Source of the DNA: Selaginella moellendorffii
Taxonomy: Eukaryota; Plantae; Lycopodiophyta
Assembly (NCBI RefSeq): GCF_000143415.4
Contig: NW_003314267.1
Location: 3,017,839 to 3,081,838, forward strand
DNA length: 64,000 bases
Reading direction: 5' to 3'
Under the pieces are notes generated by a model. That model did not search any database and was not told where the DNA came from. It saw only the letters and a program-made list of their open reading frames with translations. Both the position numbers and the translations under genes were made by a program. Of the stretch, positions 1 through 11,242 are shown one piece after another; the stretch's first letter is position 1; each line of letters begins with the position of its first letter.

Positions 1-128
1 CAGTAAACCATAGCCACAAGCTTCCACGAGCGTTTAAAGGCCGTTTGATCCAGTACGTGGACGGTCCAGATGGTGGCGTCCATCCAAAATCCTCTATCCC
101 AGACCTAGGTCTTTGGAGTGGAGGAAGA

Positions 129-818
129 ATGGCGATTGCTGTGGTGGACGCGTCAGGTACGTGCACGTCTTCTATGTTTTGCCCCGCGGCAGCTGCGTCG
201 TCCTCGAGCGTCGCATTCGCAGCGTTGCCTTCTCCATCCTCGTCGTCGACACGAATCAGCGCGTCGTGGAGGAAATCCGCGAGCTTGAAATCGCAGCGGA
301 GAGGCGGCACAGGCACGGGAGCTCTCAGGCGCCGATTCTCGGCCGCTTGCATCGTTTCCGAGACCAAGGAAGCCTCTCCAGGTGGATTTCTCTAGATTCA
401 ATTGGATTCCAATGCCTGATCTGTAGCACTTTCATTTTGAGAACTTTTAGTTTGTCTTTTCTATGATGTTTCCCAATGCTGATCTTCGATTTTGTGATCT
501 CCAGCCGGAGCTGTGGATGACACGACCTTTAAATCTCTAGTGCTCGAGTCTGAGATTCCCGTTTTGGTGGACTTCTGGGCTCCCTGGTGCGGGCCGTGCC
601 GGATGCTGGACCCGGTGATCGACAGCATTGCCGAGAAATACAAGGGCAGGATCAAGTGTTACAAAGTTAACACCGATGACAGCTCCAAGACCGCAACGGA
701 GCTGGGAATTCGCAGCATCCCGACGTGCATGATCTTCAAGCAAGGCGAGAGATTGGACACCGTCATAGGCTGCGTTCCAGAGACCACTTTGATTACCACC
801 ATCGAGAAGTACATATGA
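129..818 (+). CDS. TRXM: Plastid thioredoxin, m-type (2 exons: 129-381, 505-818)
   Basis: Ser/Ala-rich transit peptide from ATG 129; GT(382)..AG(504) intron restores frame; [16 protein letters not shown] active site, GIRSIPT motif. Confidence 0.93.
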
Positions 819-3800
819 AGCAAACAGGGGGGTATAGCCTTTGACGTTTGCAGCTTGTTGCTCATCCGACCAGCCAAGAAGCCGAGAGAAAATAATTACT
901 TTGGTTAATTGAGCATCTTCTGTATTATACTTTGTCTACCTTCATTGCCAAGACAAATTTTATATTTAATCTTGTTGATATACTTAAGGGTTATATAAAA
1001 GGTTCAATGATGCTGTAGCTCTTTCAAACACTGTCATGGAATATAAAAATGGAATAGAAAAATGTACATCCCAATTAACCCAAAAACCTTTATTTATATA
1101 TAAAAACTAGAGGTTTGGATTAAAACCAATCTGATATCTATTAAAATTCCATTATGTTAATTTTAGTATACGGGCAATATATGAAAAGAAAGTGTACTTT
1201 ACTATCTTAAAAGAAAGTGTACTTTCTTTTCCTTTACAAACAGCTTTGATCCAATTGTTAGGTTTTTTTTGCTTCTCAAAAAATAGTGGTAACCATATTT
1301 TCAGCCTATTATAAATTATAAAATTAATAATAAAAATAATATATTTGTACCTTCCATTCTTCACAATGAGCTCTTCTTTTTATAGATTTTTCTTTTTGCA
1401 GATTATTTGAGTTAAGTGGAAGACAAAGAATGCCATATTTGGTTGTAACATTGCCACTTATCAATCATTCTACATTTACACCAGCAAAGCATGAAGTCCA
1501 ATTCAAAATCTTCTTTAGGGAGTGTGAACAACTTGATGGTTTTTTAGCAACTATGTTTGCATATATTTCAAAAATATTTATTATTTACTCTTCTTTTACA
1601 TTGACTAATTAACAAAGAGGAAATACCTAAGAAAAACTTCATATTAATTCTTCAAAACCTTTCTCTTCCCATTTAAATTGTTTATTAATAAATTTATCAA
1701 ATTTACTAATAAATCTATTTTTTTAAAATAGGGTTGTAGGATGATATCCCTATGGAAATGAGCCTCATGCTTTTCATTCAGAAAAATTGTTTGTAAATAA
1801 AACTTTATACACCTTATGTTATTACATTATCCCCTGATTCATAATTTACTATCATATGTTTAAAAATAATTAAATATGGAATTAATGTATTTCTAAAATA
1901 AAAAATCCTAATTTTTAATTATGTGTTACAATTGATTGAACTTACAAAAGAAAACTTTAAAGTGATTTATTTAAATAAACTATTATTATATTACTTTAAA
2001 ATGCATTTATATAAATTTTACTATCTTAATTAAAAGTAAGTATTTTACAATAATATTTAAATTGTCATATAATTTTACTTATTTTTATTTACTAATTAGA
2101 TTTTGTGATTGGCTATTCCACTCTAAAGCATTTTTGGAAGGTTGTTAAATGGATGACAAACCAAAAATGACAGTGTATATTGAAATTTTTAATGTTTATT
2201 GCAATTTGGAAAAATTGAGGTAGAGGTTTAGTTAAAAAGCTTAATATACTAAACATTAGAAATCTTCTAAGTATATTCTATTTCAAAAAATATATTGATA
2301 ACTAATAATCTATATCAGCAATTTAATTTTGTAAGTGTAATATTTCCTAAAATATTTAAAGACAGATCAATTCTTACTTGCCAAATTCTTAAATTAAGTG
2401 ACCAATTCTTCATATATACACTTCCATCTCTATGAAATAGTATTATACATTTATACCATATTATGTTTAATTGATCTTCATTTAAATCACTTGATGTTAC
2501 ACTAGTATGTTGCCCAATATATGCAATTACTTCTACATTACCACGAATAGAAATTATTTTTCCAGTTCGATTATGATTAAGAGTGTAATAAATTACAATT
2601 ACAAATATCTATATCAGAAACTCTAGAAAAATAATAAGGCAAACATTTCCATAAATATCCGTCACTCATTGAGTATGTTTTGTTTAAAAGATAAGATAAA
2701 TAGAAAACCAGTTAAAAATATTTCTTCATTTCTTCAATGTCTAAGTAAATATGTAACCAACAAAACCACATGTTTATAAAGCATTTTTTTATGTATTTGT
2801 AAAAATAAGACAAGAAAATATAAGTGTTGTCCAAACAAGAAGGTATCTTGGATCTTAGTGGAAGAGTTATAACAGTAACTGATATCTATTCTCTTAGGTA
2901 ATGATACTTAAGGAGGTTGAGATTTGGGAATCTCCAATTGCATTGTATAGATCATAGGAAATAATATAAACACCTTATCATAGCACATAGAGCTTTATAG
3001 ATGCTATGAGGTAGCCAACTAGCTATGATGCCCAAGAGTATTTAGGGAAATAGAAATCTAAGAGTCATTATTTGGGTAAGATTATCGATGCAAAGTGTTT
3101 GAAGTGTTTAATAGTGATCATTTAGAAAATTAAGAGCTACTTGTGTGTCTTAAGTTGGATCTTTAAGTGGAATGGAGTAATGGTTGTAATCAATTTGTGC
3201 AAGTAGAATATTGCTGTTGAGAAATATCCCATTTGTGGCATTTAGCACCTTAATGCCATTGTAAGTTGGGTATCAATTAGCAAATGATATAGTTATTAAT
3301 TTAGATAGATCCAAATGAAGGAGATATTATTTATCCAAATTCAAGCTTTCCTTGTGCATTGCATACGCTTGGTTTCTTAAAAAATTGATATACCATGAGA
3401 AAAATGGCTTTGAGAAATAAATGCAAATTGAAACAAATTAACTTGTTCCAAAGTTGTTCCTAACATATCTTCAATATCCTTTCCTGAATGAGCTTGAAAT
3501 ATTTTTGAAGAAAAGAAAATAATTTAAGCAATGCCAGAATACTTAACAAAACAAAGTTTTAATCTTACCAGAATTATCACATCATCGGTTGGAATAAATT
3601 AGCAAGGATATGGGATGATCCAAAGTATTCACCGCGTCTAAATGGACAAACTTTATATAGATTCTATGTTACAACTTAATCAGCAATATTCTTTGCAAGA
3701 TAAAGTGAAAATTCACTTTATAAGTTTTGCCTATGTTATGTATTATTTACATTGAAAATACCAATATCCTCAATAGACTCAAAGAGATATTTATAAAACC

Positions 3801-3879
3801 ACACCACTTCCTCATACAATTCTCATCATAAATGCTTGACATACTTAAAAAAAAACTCTTAGAAAGGTAAACTTCAAGC

Positions 3880-4560
3880 ACCTACTTAGTTCCTTTTGAT
3901 ATTCCACATATAAAACTTCTTGCTTTTACACCCCAACACTAGATTATATTAACCTCCACACTATTGTGTTCTAGAGCATTATCACTCGTTATTTGTTTTG
4001 ACTTCCCAAGGTAGCATACAGTCTGTGTATATGTGTTGAAAATAGCATAGACTTCTTTGATTGTGGATAGCTTGCAAGCCATAATAAAATGTGTTGCCCC
4101 ACAAATCATGGCATGAACGTAATATCTGTAAGTTATAACTTTGCAATATGTTACAAAAATACAAAAATAATAGTTAAAAAAGATAAGGAAGAAAATTAAT
4201 TAAAATTGTTTCATTAGTGTAGATCCATTGATGAATTCATGACAAATGCTTACTTTGCAGCCTTCTTAGATTATGTAAAGCTAATGCTTTACAAATTTAA
4301 TGCCTACTAAAATGGTAATCAATTGCTCAACAACAAGAGTGGGAGTTAATAATTCCCTAATTTGTCCCTATATAATTCATGGAAATATTAGTTTTGATGT
4401 GGTTAAGAACTTTCTTTATCAGTATCCTATAGTACACCCCCTCCAATTTGTACCCACCACCCACGTATATTTGTATAGTGTTGGCCACATAATTCCCAAA
4501 TAATTTGCAAGATAAACCATGGTTTTTGTCTCAAGAATCTTCAAGTGCATCCATAAGCAA
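3880..4560 (-). mobile_element. Heavily decayed gypsy-type DDE integrase remnant, apparently intron-containing (Ginger-like?)
   Basis: Minus-strand pieces H..TKT..LGIMWPTLYK (zinc-binding region like), VGIKFVK..GCK, YYVHAMICGATHFIMACKL, LGKSKQITSDNALEHNS (SDNG-like); stops and frameshifts; candidate intron 4126-4253. Confidence 0.4.
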
Positions 4561-5195
4561 AATACCACTGCACTAACAAATCCCCTCAAGCTCAAGAAAT
4601 TATTGAAGCCCTACAAGAAATACCATAATAAAGACCTTTTAATTTAGGAATTCATTTACTCAGCACTGGAACGTTAGAATCTCCATCTTCATTTTAACTC
4701 TTGCTAGATGAAAAAGTGTTGGAATTGAAGCCGAATAGTAGCCCCACATTTTATTCATCTTTCATTAATACACTTGTTTTTAACATTTGCATTTAAATCC
4801 AATTTCACAAATCTAAGCTATGGGCACATTATGGATGTCTTTAATCACCACCAAAAAAACCAAATTACTTTCACTACCACAATAGCCACACTAACCCTTT
4901 CCTCCTCTAGAACCCTAAACCACACTTAAAAGACAATGACAATGAGGATGTTGTATGGGTCATCCATACCACATATATAACCCACATGTATGACCCTATC
5001 ATTCATAGTTATATGCATGGGTTTTTTTCACAAGTACAATATAGAAGATTTACAAATAACACACCATAGAAAGATATGCCCTCCCTCTCTGTGTGTCTTC
5101 TTTCTTTGGCGTCGTGTGCTCGCGTGCGCTGACGTGGCCGCTAATGTTGACGATACATGGCAGAAAATGACCATTTGTTCATTTAATGCCCGCTG

Positions 5196-5885
5196 CATTT
5201 CTTTTTCCCTCCATCCATCCATCCGTCCATGCATCCACAGCTTCTTGTAAGCGCGATCTTCCATCTGGATCGATCCATTTAGACATCCATCAATTTATTG
5301 AAACATCGAAACAGAAACCAAAACAAAGAAACTTTATTGTCTGTTTCTATCACACCTGTCATCTCCGCGAAGAACCAATCCTCCTAAAAAGACGCCATCA
5401 CGCCATCCGCCTATACACAAGGAACTCTTCCTGTTCTTCCGCCTCCTATACTGCCGATCGATCCATCGCTGGAATGAAGCAATTGTGGAGAGGATTGGGT
5501 CCCGTGGGAACCGTTATCTTGGAGGTTCCAAACATTGAAGGGTTGCAGAGGTGATCGGGGTCGCACAGGGAAGAAGATGATGCCGCTTCCTCCTGCAAAG
5601 TCGCGGTCGCGATGGATGGCGCCCCAGGAGGAGGAGGAGCTCCCGCCTTTGGATGGCGCTCTGGAATCAAGCCTCGGATCGCTGCTGCGGGGAATTGCGC
5701 GGTCGGGAGCCGGACCATGTCGCGCCCCTCCAGAGATTGGGGACGAAGAGGAGGAGGAGGAGCTCCCGCCTTTGTGCCTGAGCTTGTGCTGCGCAACGAA
5801 CACTGTGAAAACGGATAGAACAACCACGAATGCTAGAATGCCGGCCAAAAGCCACCATTTCCATCCCCGTTTCTCTGAGTGGTGT
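5196..5885 (-). repeat. Left arm of long inverted duplication (partner 8505-9166); carries 5'-truncated copy of a small transmembrane/Ser-rich ORF
   Basis: Reverse complement aligns by eye to 8505-9166 (RGW..AGILAFV..LSV.TVFVAQHKL, AIPRSSDPRLDSRAPS); internal duplication of KGGSSSSS. Confidence 0.85.
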
Positions 5886-5899
5886 CTTTAAAAACTCTT

Positions 5900-6215
5900 G
5901 CTCTTGCAACTCCGGGCCAGCTTCAATACTCGGTTAAAGCAAAAAACATATCCCTCAAAGTTGCTGAAGGGTAAGGCTTCCCATCGTCTCTCAAAACATG
6001 CGTGTAGAACAATGCAAGCTGGTGGGAAAGCTCCTACAATCAGAGAAAGATTTAGTCACAAAAATCAAAAGATAAAAAAAAAACCTTTGCAGGAAGTTCC
6101 TCAATCAGTCTCAGATCCTGTAATGAAAATTCTGGGCCCTGTACCTCACGCCATGCATAGAATTTTGATGTTGCCCACTCCTCCTTTCGGGTCTGCTGGT
6201 ATAACCAGTTCTAAT
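5900..6215 (-). mobile_element. Crypton/DUF3504-associated tyrosine-recombinase N-terminal fragment (pseudogenised)
   Basis: Spliced translation (phase-0 intron 6034-6084): VIPA/TRKEEWATSKFYAWRE..IEELPAK|ELSHQLALFYTHVLRDDGKPYPSATLRDMFFA/NRVLK, matching the NT..WA..F..W / EL..L..F..V...DG.PYP..TL pattern of Crypton-derived proteins. Confidence 0.6.
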
Positions 6216-7294
6216 TGGTTCTCGTCCTCCTCATTCGGAACAACAGGTCGAAAAGGTTGGCGACCGACTTGCATCAACAAAAGATTTCAACCTGGGGCAT
6301 CAAAGCAAAACATCATTTACTTGTCTCCAACTACAGCCACCATGCCCACCACGCTGACTGCGATTTCCCAGGACAAACCTGTCAAACGATTGCAAGTGAG
6401 TAAACAAGAATACAGAAAAACTAGAGAACCGAATTCAAAAAAGGAGCCGCATTCTCAACAAGATCAGCGGCATTCTGGGACAATCCCAGATCAAATGAAG
6501 AAGGATCCATCTACAGATAGACAAAATTGAGAGGATTAAGAAGGAAAAACTAAGAAATCCAGAGAAAACCAGGAAAATTCTGCCTTGAGCGCCATGCAAA
6601 ATTCCAGACAAGGATCAATCTAGCTGCTATGCCTCAGATCTGACCTTGGGCCGCTACCGCTTCCACCTGCTACCGCTTACCGCTACCGGCAGCCTCCGAG
6701 AACGCCGAGGAGCTTGTCGCGGATACGGATTTTCCAGACGGCATCGAGCTCCAGCCAGAGGCAAGAATTGAGATTTTGCTGGCTCTGGCATTGCTAACGT
6801 GCATTCTCTGTCATGCACAGCTCAAGAGATTAAAGCTTCGCAAGAACAACTGCGATTCCGAGGCATACCAATTCGATGAGGTCTCAATATGAAGTTGTCG
6901 AATGATCTCCAGCTCGCCTTCTGTGAAGAAATCCTCCTAGCTTTGATCTCGATCCAGCGCAAAGCAGAGCTTACCGCTAACGCACACAAGCGAGCGGTGA
7001 GCTCAGGCTGAAGAGCGATTCGTTGATCCTGGAATGCCCCATGGAGTAGCGAGCGCGCGCCGTCTCCATCCACCCCTGGAAGAAAATGCGATGTAGAAAG
7101 AGCTGCTAGACTATATAGCACTCACTTGCCTGCGCGAGTTGCCGCGAAGCCTGAGGATCGCATCACGGAATCCAAGCACGCAATCACTGTCGCGTCCTCG
7201 TCCATCATAGCTGTCGTCGTAGCTGCGCAGGCTAGGGGGGCAACAGCCACGATCGTCTCCTCCACTAGTCTCCTCAAGATGATGCGAAGAACCC

Positions 7295-7650
7295 TAGATT
7301 CTGGACTACTACGATGACTACGAGGAGGAAGATTACGCCCACAGCAGCTCAGCCTCAGCTCCGGGTAAGCGATTCATCGATGAGCGCGGGATTTATCTCC
7401 AGATCTCTTCCAGGAACAGCGCCGCAGCAACCAATCTGGGCTTGCCCCATCTGTACATACGATAATCTGGAGGAACATCAGTCGTGTGAGATGTGTGGAG
7501 TGGTGCGAGACTCTTCACGCTTCCGGCTCTAAATCACTCTAAAACTTGCTGAGCAAAACGATTTGAATCCATCAATGCAGTTGGAAGTGCGCGTCCAAGG
7601 CCTGAGCCTTCGCAGCTTGCAACGTCCTTGTTTGCTCCTCTCCCTCCTCT
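7295..7650 (+). pseudogene. Captured N-terminal fragment of plant HBS1-like GTPase (acidic tract plus RanBP2-type zinc finger)
   Basis: DYYDDYEEEDY, short GT..AG intron, WACPICTYDNLEEHQSCEMCGVVR; no GTPase domain follows. Confidence 0.6.
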
Positions 7651-7723
7651 GGCACTCCAGATTAAGCATTAAGATACGCGGGGCTCTTGGAGATGCGGTT
7701 CCTTCCTTCTGCCGGTAGAGCAG

Positions 7724-7970
7724 CTACACCGCAGCTCTGAGCAATCCAGGGTGGCCATAGCCATCCAGAAACACCTGCCTGCCAAGCTTGTTGTCCCAAA
7801 GAACCAAGTAGTCGTGCTCCCGCCGGAGGTTGAGCCCCCTAATCGTCAGAACGATGTCCCTGTGCTCGTGATCCACATAGATGAGATACGGTGGCACAAT
7901 CCTCTCCAGGTCGCTCGTCTTCTTCACCACATTCTCGAGCGAGATTTTGTAGCGCCACCGTCCAGGAGCT
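7724..7970 (-). pseudogene. Fragment of mono-/diacylglycerol lipase (class 3 lipase)
   Basis: PPYLIYVDHEHRDIVLTIRGLNLRREHDYLVLWDNKLG..DGYGHPGLLRAA; truncated before GHSLG. Confidence 0.8.
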
Positions 7971-8428
7971 CCTATCGGTCGCCCCGATGTAGATGCATCG
8001 CTTGTACGCCCAGCGCGTAGCAGCGGCACTCCAATCGCCACGGACATCGCCGGGAAGAAATTTACCTCGTCCTCCTCTCTAGCGCTTGTTCTGCCTCAAC
8101 CATCTCAAGCACGGCGGCTAGATGGCGACAAAAAAGGCATTCCTGTGTTTGTCCAGTTTGGTCGAATCCTAGGCTAACTGAGTGGTGACGTTCGCAGAAG
8201 GAGGATGGGAGGAGAAAAGCTATGGGCGGTGAACATGATCTGTTTTGGTATTTGTAGTTTCTTTGCTTGCGTCCATGAATGGAGAGTGGGTCCTTGTTTG
8301 ACCGCTACAAGATACCCCAGACGCAAAATTGTACTCGAGGGGGGTCTTTGTGTGCATCAGGATTTCTCGGGTGATCGATCAATCGGTGTCGAGTTTTTGA
8401 TCAGCAGCAGAGCAGAGCAGTCGCAGCG

Positions 8429-8923
8429 ATGACTATGGCGAAGATTTTGCTAGTGGCAACGGTGGCAATGCTTGTTGTCGCCCCGCTTTTGGTCCAGGCG
8501 CTTCACCACATAGAGAAACGGGGATGGAAATGCTGGGTTTTAGCCGGCATTCTAGCATTCGTGGCTGTTCTATCCGTTCTCACAGTGTTTGTTGCGCAGC
8601 ACAAGCTCAACAACTCCTCCTCCTCTTCTTCCTCATCCCCAATCTCTAGAGCTCCCGATGGCGCAATTCCCCGCAGCAGCGATCCGAGGCTTGATTCCAG
8701 AGCGCCATCCATGGCGATGGAGGTCACCGCGACTTTGCAGGAGCAAGCAGCATCATCTTCTTCCCCGTGCGACGCCGATCATCTCTGCAGCCCTCCAATG
8801 TGCCCTCCAGAGAACGGTTCCCACGGGACCCAACCCTCTCCACATTTGAGTAGCTCCAGCGATGGATCGATCGGCAGTGTGGAAGAACAGGAAGAATTCC
8901 TTGTGTATAGGCGGATTGCGTGA
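8429..8923 (+). CDS. Hypothetical 164-aa protein: signal-like N-terminus, second hydrophobic segment, Ser-rich tail; possibly chimeric
   Basis: Open ATG-to-stop ORF with two hydrophobic stretches; related copies at 5411-5885 and 19630-19955 are truncated. Confidence 0.35.
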   Translation: MTMAKILLVATVAMLVVAPLLVQALHHIEKRGWKCWVLAGILAFVAVLSVLTVFVAQHKLNNSSSSSSSSPISRAPDGAIPRSSDPRLDSRAPSMAMEVTATLQEQAASSSSPCDADHLCSPPMCPPENGSHGTQPSPHLSSSSDGSIGSVEEQEEFLVYRRIA

Positions 8924-9166
8924 TCGCAGGTCTTTTAGGAGGATTGGTTCTTCGTGGAGATGACGGTGTGATAGAAATGTGATCATCGCTAGCCAGAATA
9001 TAAAGTTTCTTCGATCGATGTTTCAATAGATTGATGGATGTCTAAGTGGATCGATCGAGATGGAAGATCGCGCTTAAAAGAAGCAGTGGATGGATGGAGC
9101 TCGTAGAGCTGGCTCGAGGAGCTTGAATGGAAACGAGCGTTGGGGAGAGAAAGGGAAAAAGAAATG
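8505..9166 (+). repeat. Right arm of inverted duplication (partner 5196-5885)
   Basis: Sequence similarity to the reverse complement of 5196-5885, including the CATTTCTTTTTCCCT end block. Confidence 0.85.
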
Positions 9167-9389
9167 TTGACGACGCGCAGGACCTTGAGATCGAGCTCCC
9201 GGCACCGCGCGGTGAAGCAGGGCACCGCGCGGCGAAGCAGCGATTGCCCACCCGCGGTGCGGAGAAAGAGACGACGGTGGCGGGGCCATCTGGGTCTTGT
9301 CCCCGACAATGCCAAGCTCCGCGAGATCGTAGGCGCTGAGCTCACCAGTGACCATGACGCTCACCGCCTCGCCGTCGGCCTGGAACTGG

Positions 9390-10962
9390 GGAGAGGTACC
9401 AAGGACGTTACTTCCCAGCCTGACCTCTTGCCTCTCCTACATCTCCCAGGTGTGAGCTACACACACCAAGCTGTGGAGGTGTATCCAAACACATCGCTTC
9501 TACTCATTGGGTGCTGGACTCACAGTTCTCGTCTAGGCATCACCTGGCGGACCTGCTGCTGTTGTTGCTTTCAGCAGCCCGGGAGCTAGAGGCTCATTGG
9601 AGTCGCGGTCCTTTCAGCTCTATTAGGAGATGAAGCGTAACATGTACAGCATCATGGGAGCAACAAGTTGGCATGGTTTGCTTGGTGTAGCACCAGGGAG
9701 CATCGAACAATGCGGCTTGTTCAGTGAGTGATGGGAGCTCCTTCCAGACACACAGCCCAAATGGGATTCTCGTCAAACTACAGAGAGGAGACAAGTCTAC
9801 GTGCTTAGTGCATTAGAGAGTGAGTAAAAACTTACTGTGCATCTGTGAGGTGTGTGTGACTTGCAATAAACAGCCATCCTAGATTTGCTAGAATGCAAAC
9901 ACATGAACCATCACAATGTTAGGCTCACTGGATTTTGTTGTATTGATCACGATGCCATTGAGTTTCACTGGACTGGAGAAACGTCGCAAGGCACCTTGGA
10001 TTCACTCTAGAGAAGCAGCACATTGGTTTTTTTCTTCTGAGAAATACCTGTATCATTCAGAAATTCTGAACACTCTCTTGCATTTTCTCCAGGTACTTCA
10101 GCACTTTTTTCTTTACAGAAGATTGCTCAACAAAAAACCAGCAGTATCGAAACTATAAACTAAATTATAAGGATTCAAGTGATTATGAAAGGAATACAAT
10201 CATCCACGGGGAGAGCATATGAAGGGCCAGACAGCCTGGAAACATGTTGATCTACTCATCTGAGTGTGGCGCTTTTCATGGGCCAGTTGCAGCTCTAGTT
10301 CTTTTATCTGAAAAGAAAACTATAAAAATCCCTTCTCAACAACTAAGAAACACTGAGGGGCTTTACCTCTGTTACCTGAACAAATTGAAAACATAAGTTA
10401 AAATAGCATAAATATTGTACAACTTTTCTAAATAGCTACGCAAATCGAGTTTGTAGAGCACTGTCTGTTTCTGTGAGCTACATCTTCAAAACGTATAGAT
10501 GAGCTCGTAGGGCAACCATGCAGCATCATACCTTCAAATGAAAAGCTTTTGATAGCCTTGTAATCCATTGCTAGATCTCAGTGTTCACCCTGTTTAAATT
10601 CTGGTAAAGATGTCCACACGTGATGTTTTGAGGACAAATCAAAAGCCTCAAAATTCGAGTTACTTCTTTGCAGAACTTCTGCTTTATCATGTCTGTAATT
10701 TGAGGGATAAATATTTCACAGCCACTGCCTTAAAATAACCCACTAGTTTTTTTTTCCTCTGGTTAAACATCCAGTATAGAAGGATGCCAAAAGCAAAGAT
10801 CATCTTCACAATCTGAAACAAAAGGCTGAGCTTTTTCTATACTAACAGATTCAATAACATGCTGGTTTTGATAAAATAAGAGTCTTCAGATTCTGATTTG
10901 AGGGAATGACCACATTGCTCTTCAGCAACAGGGATATATCAATTCAAAGTTATTGAGGTGAA
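9390..10962 (+). repeat. 1.57-kb direct duplication, copy 1 (partner 16913-18527); starts with 3' part of a lipase-like pseudogene
   Basis: Near-identical sequence from GGAGAGGTACCAAGGAC to GTTATTGAGGTGAA; paired near-identical ORFs 9916-10158 / 17459-17701. Confidence 0.95.
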
Positions 10963-11242
10963 AGAATGCCTGACAAACAGTCAGCTTCAAACCTACAATG
11001 GGAAAATGAGAACCTGCATGCTAAGGTACTTTTGAGTGTTGGTGTACCTAATGGCTCTGGAGAGCACAACATGCGGAATGGACTTTTTGGCTACAAATGC
11101 CAGAAGAAATGAGAAGATCAGTCCATCCAGCTCAAGGATTTCTTACCTGTTTGTCATCCACCATTGGAGCAACAAGAAATGACAGACTAGGAATGAAACG
11201 AACAAGAGAGAAAACCCTAGGCCAACATCCCAACCTTTAATG

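Noticed and set aside
5898-6530. 210-aa plus-strand ORF
   Set aside because: No ATG start or recognisable motif; it lies antisense to the Crypton-like fragment and its intron.
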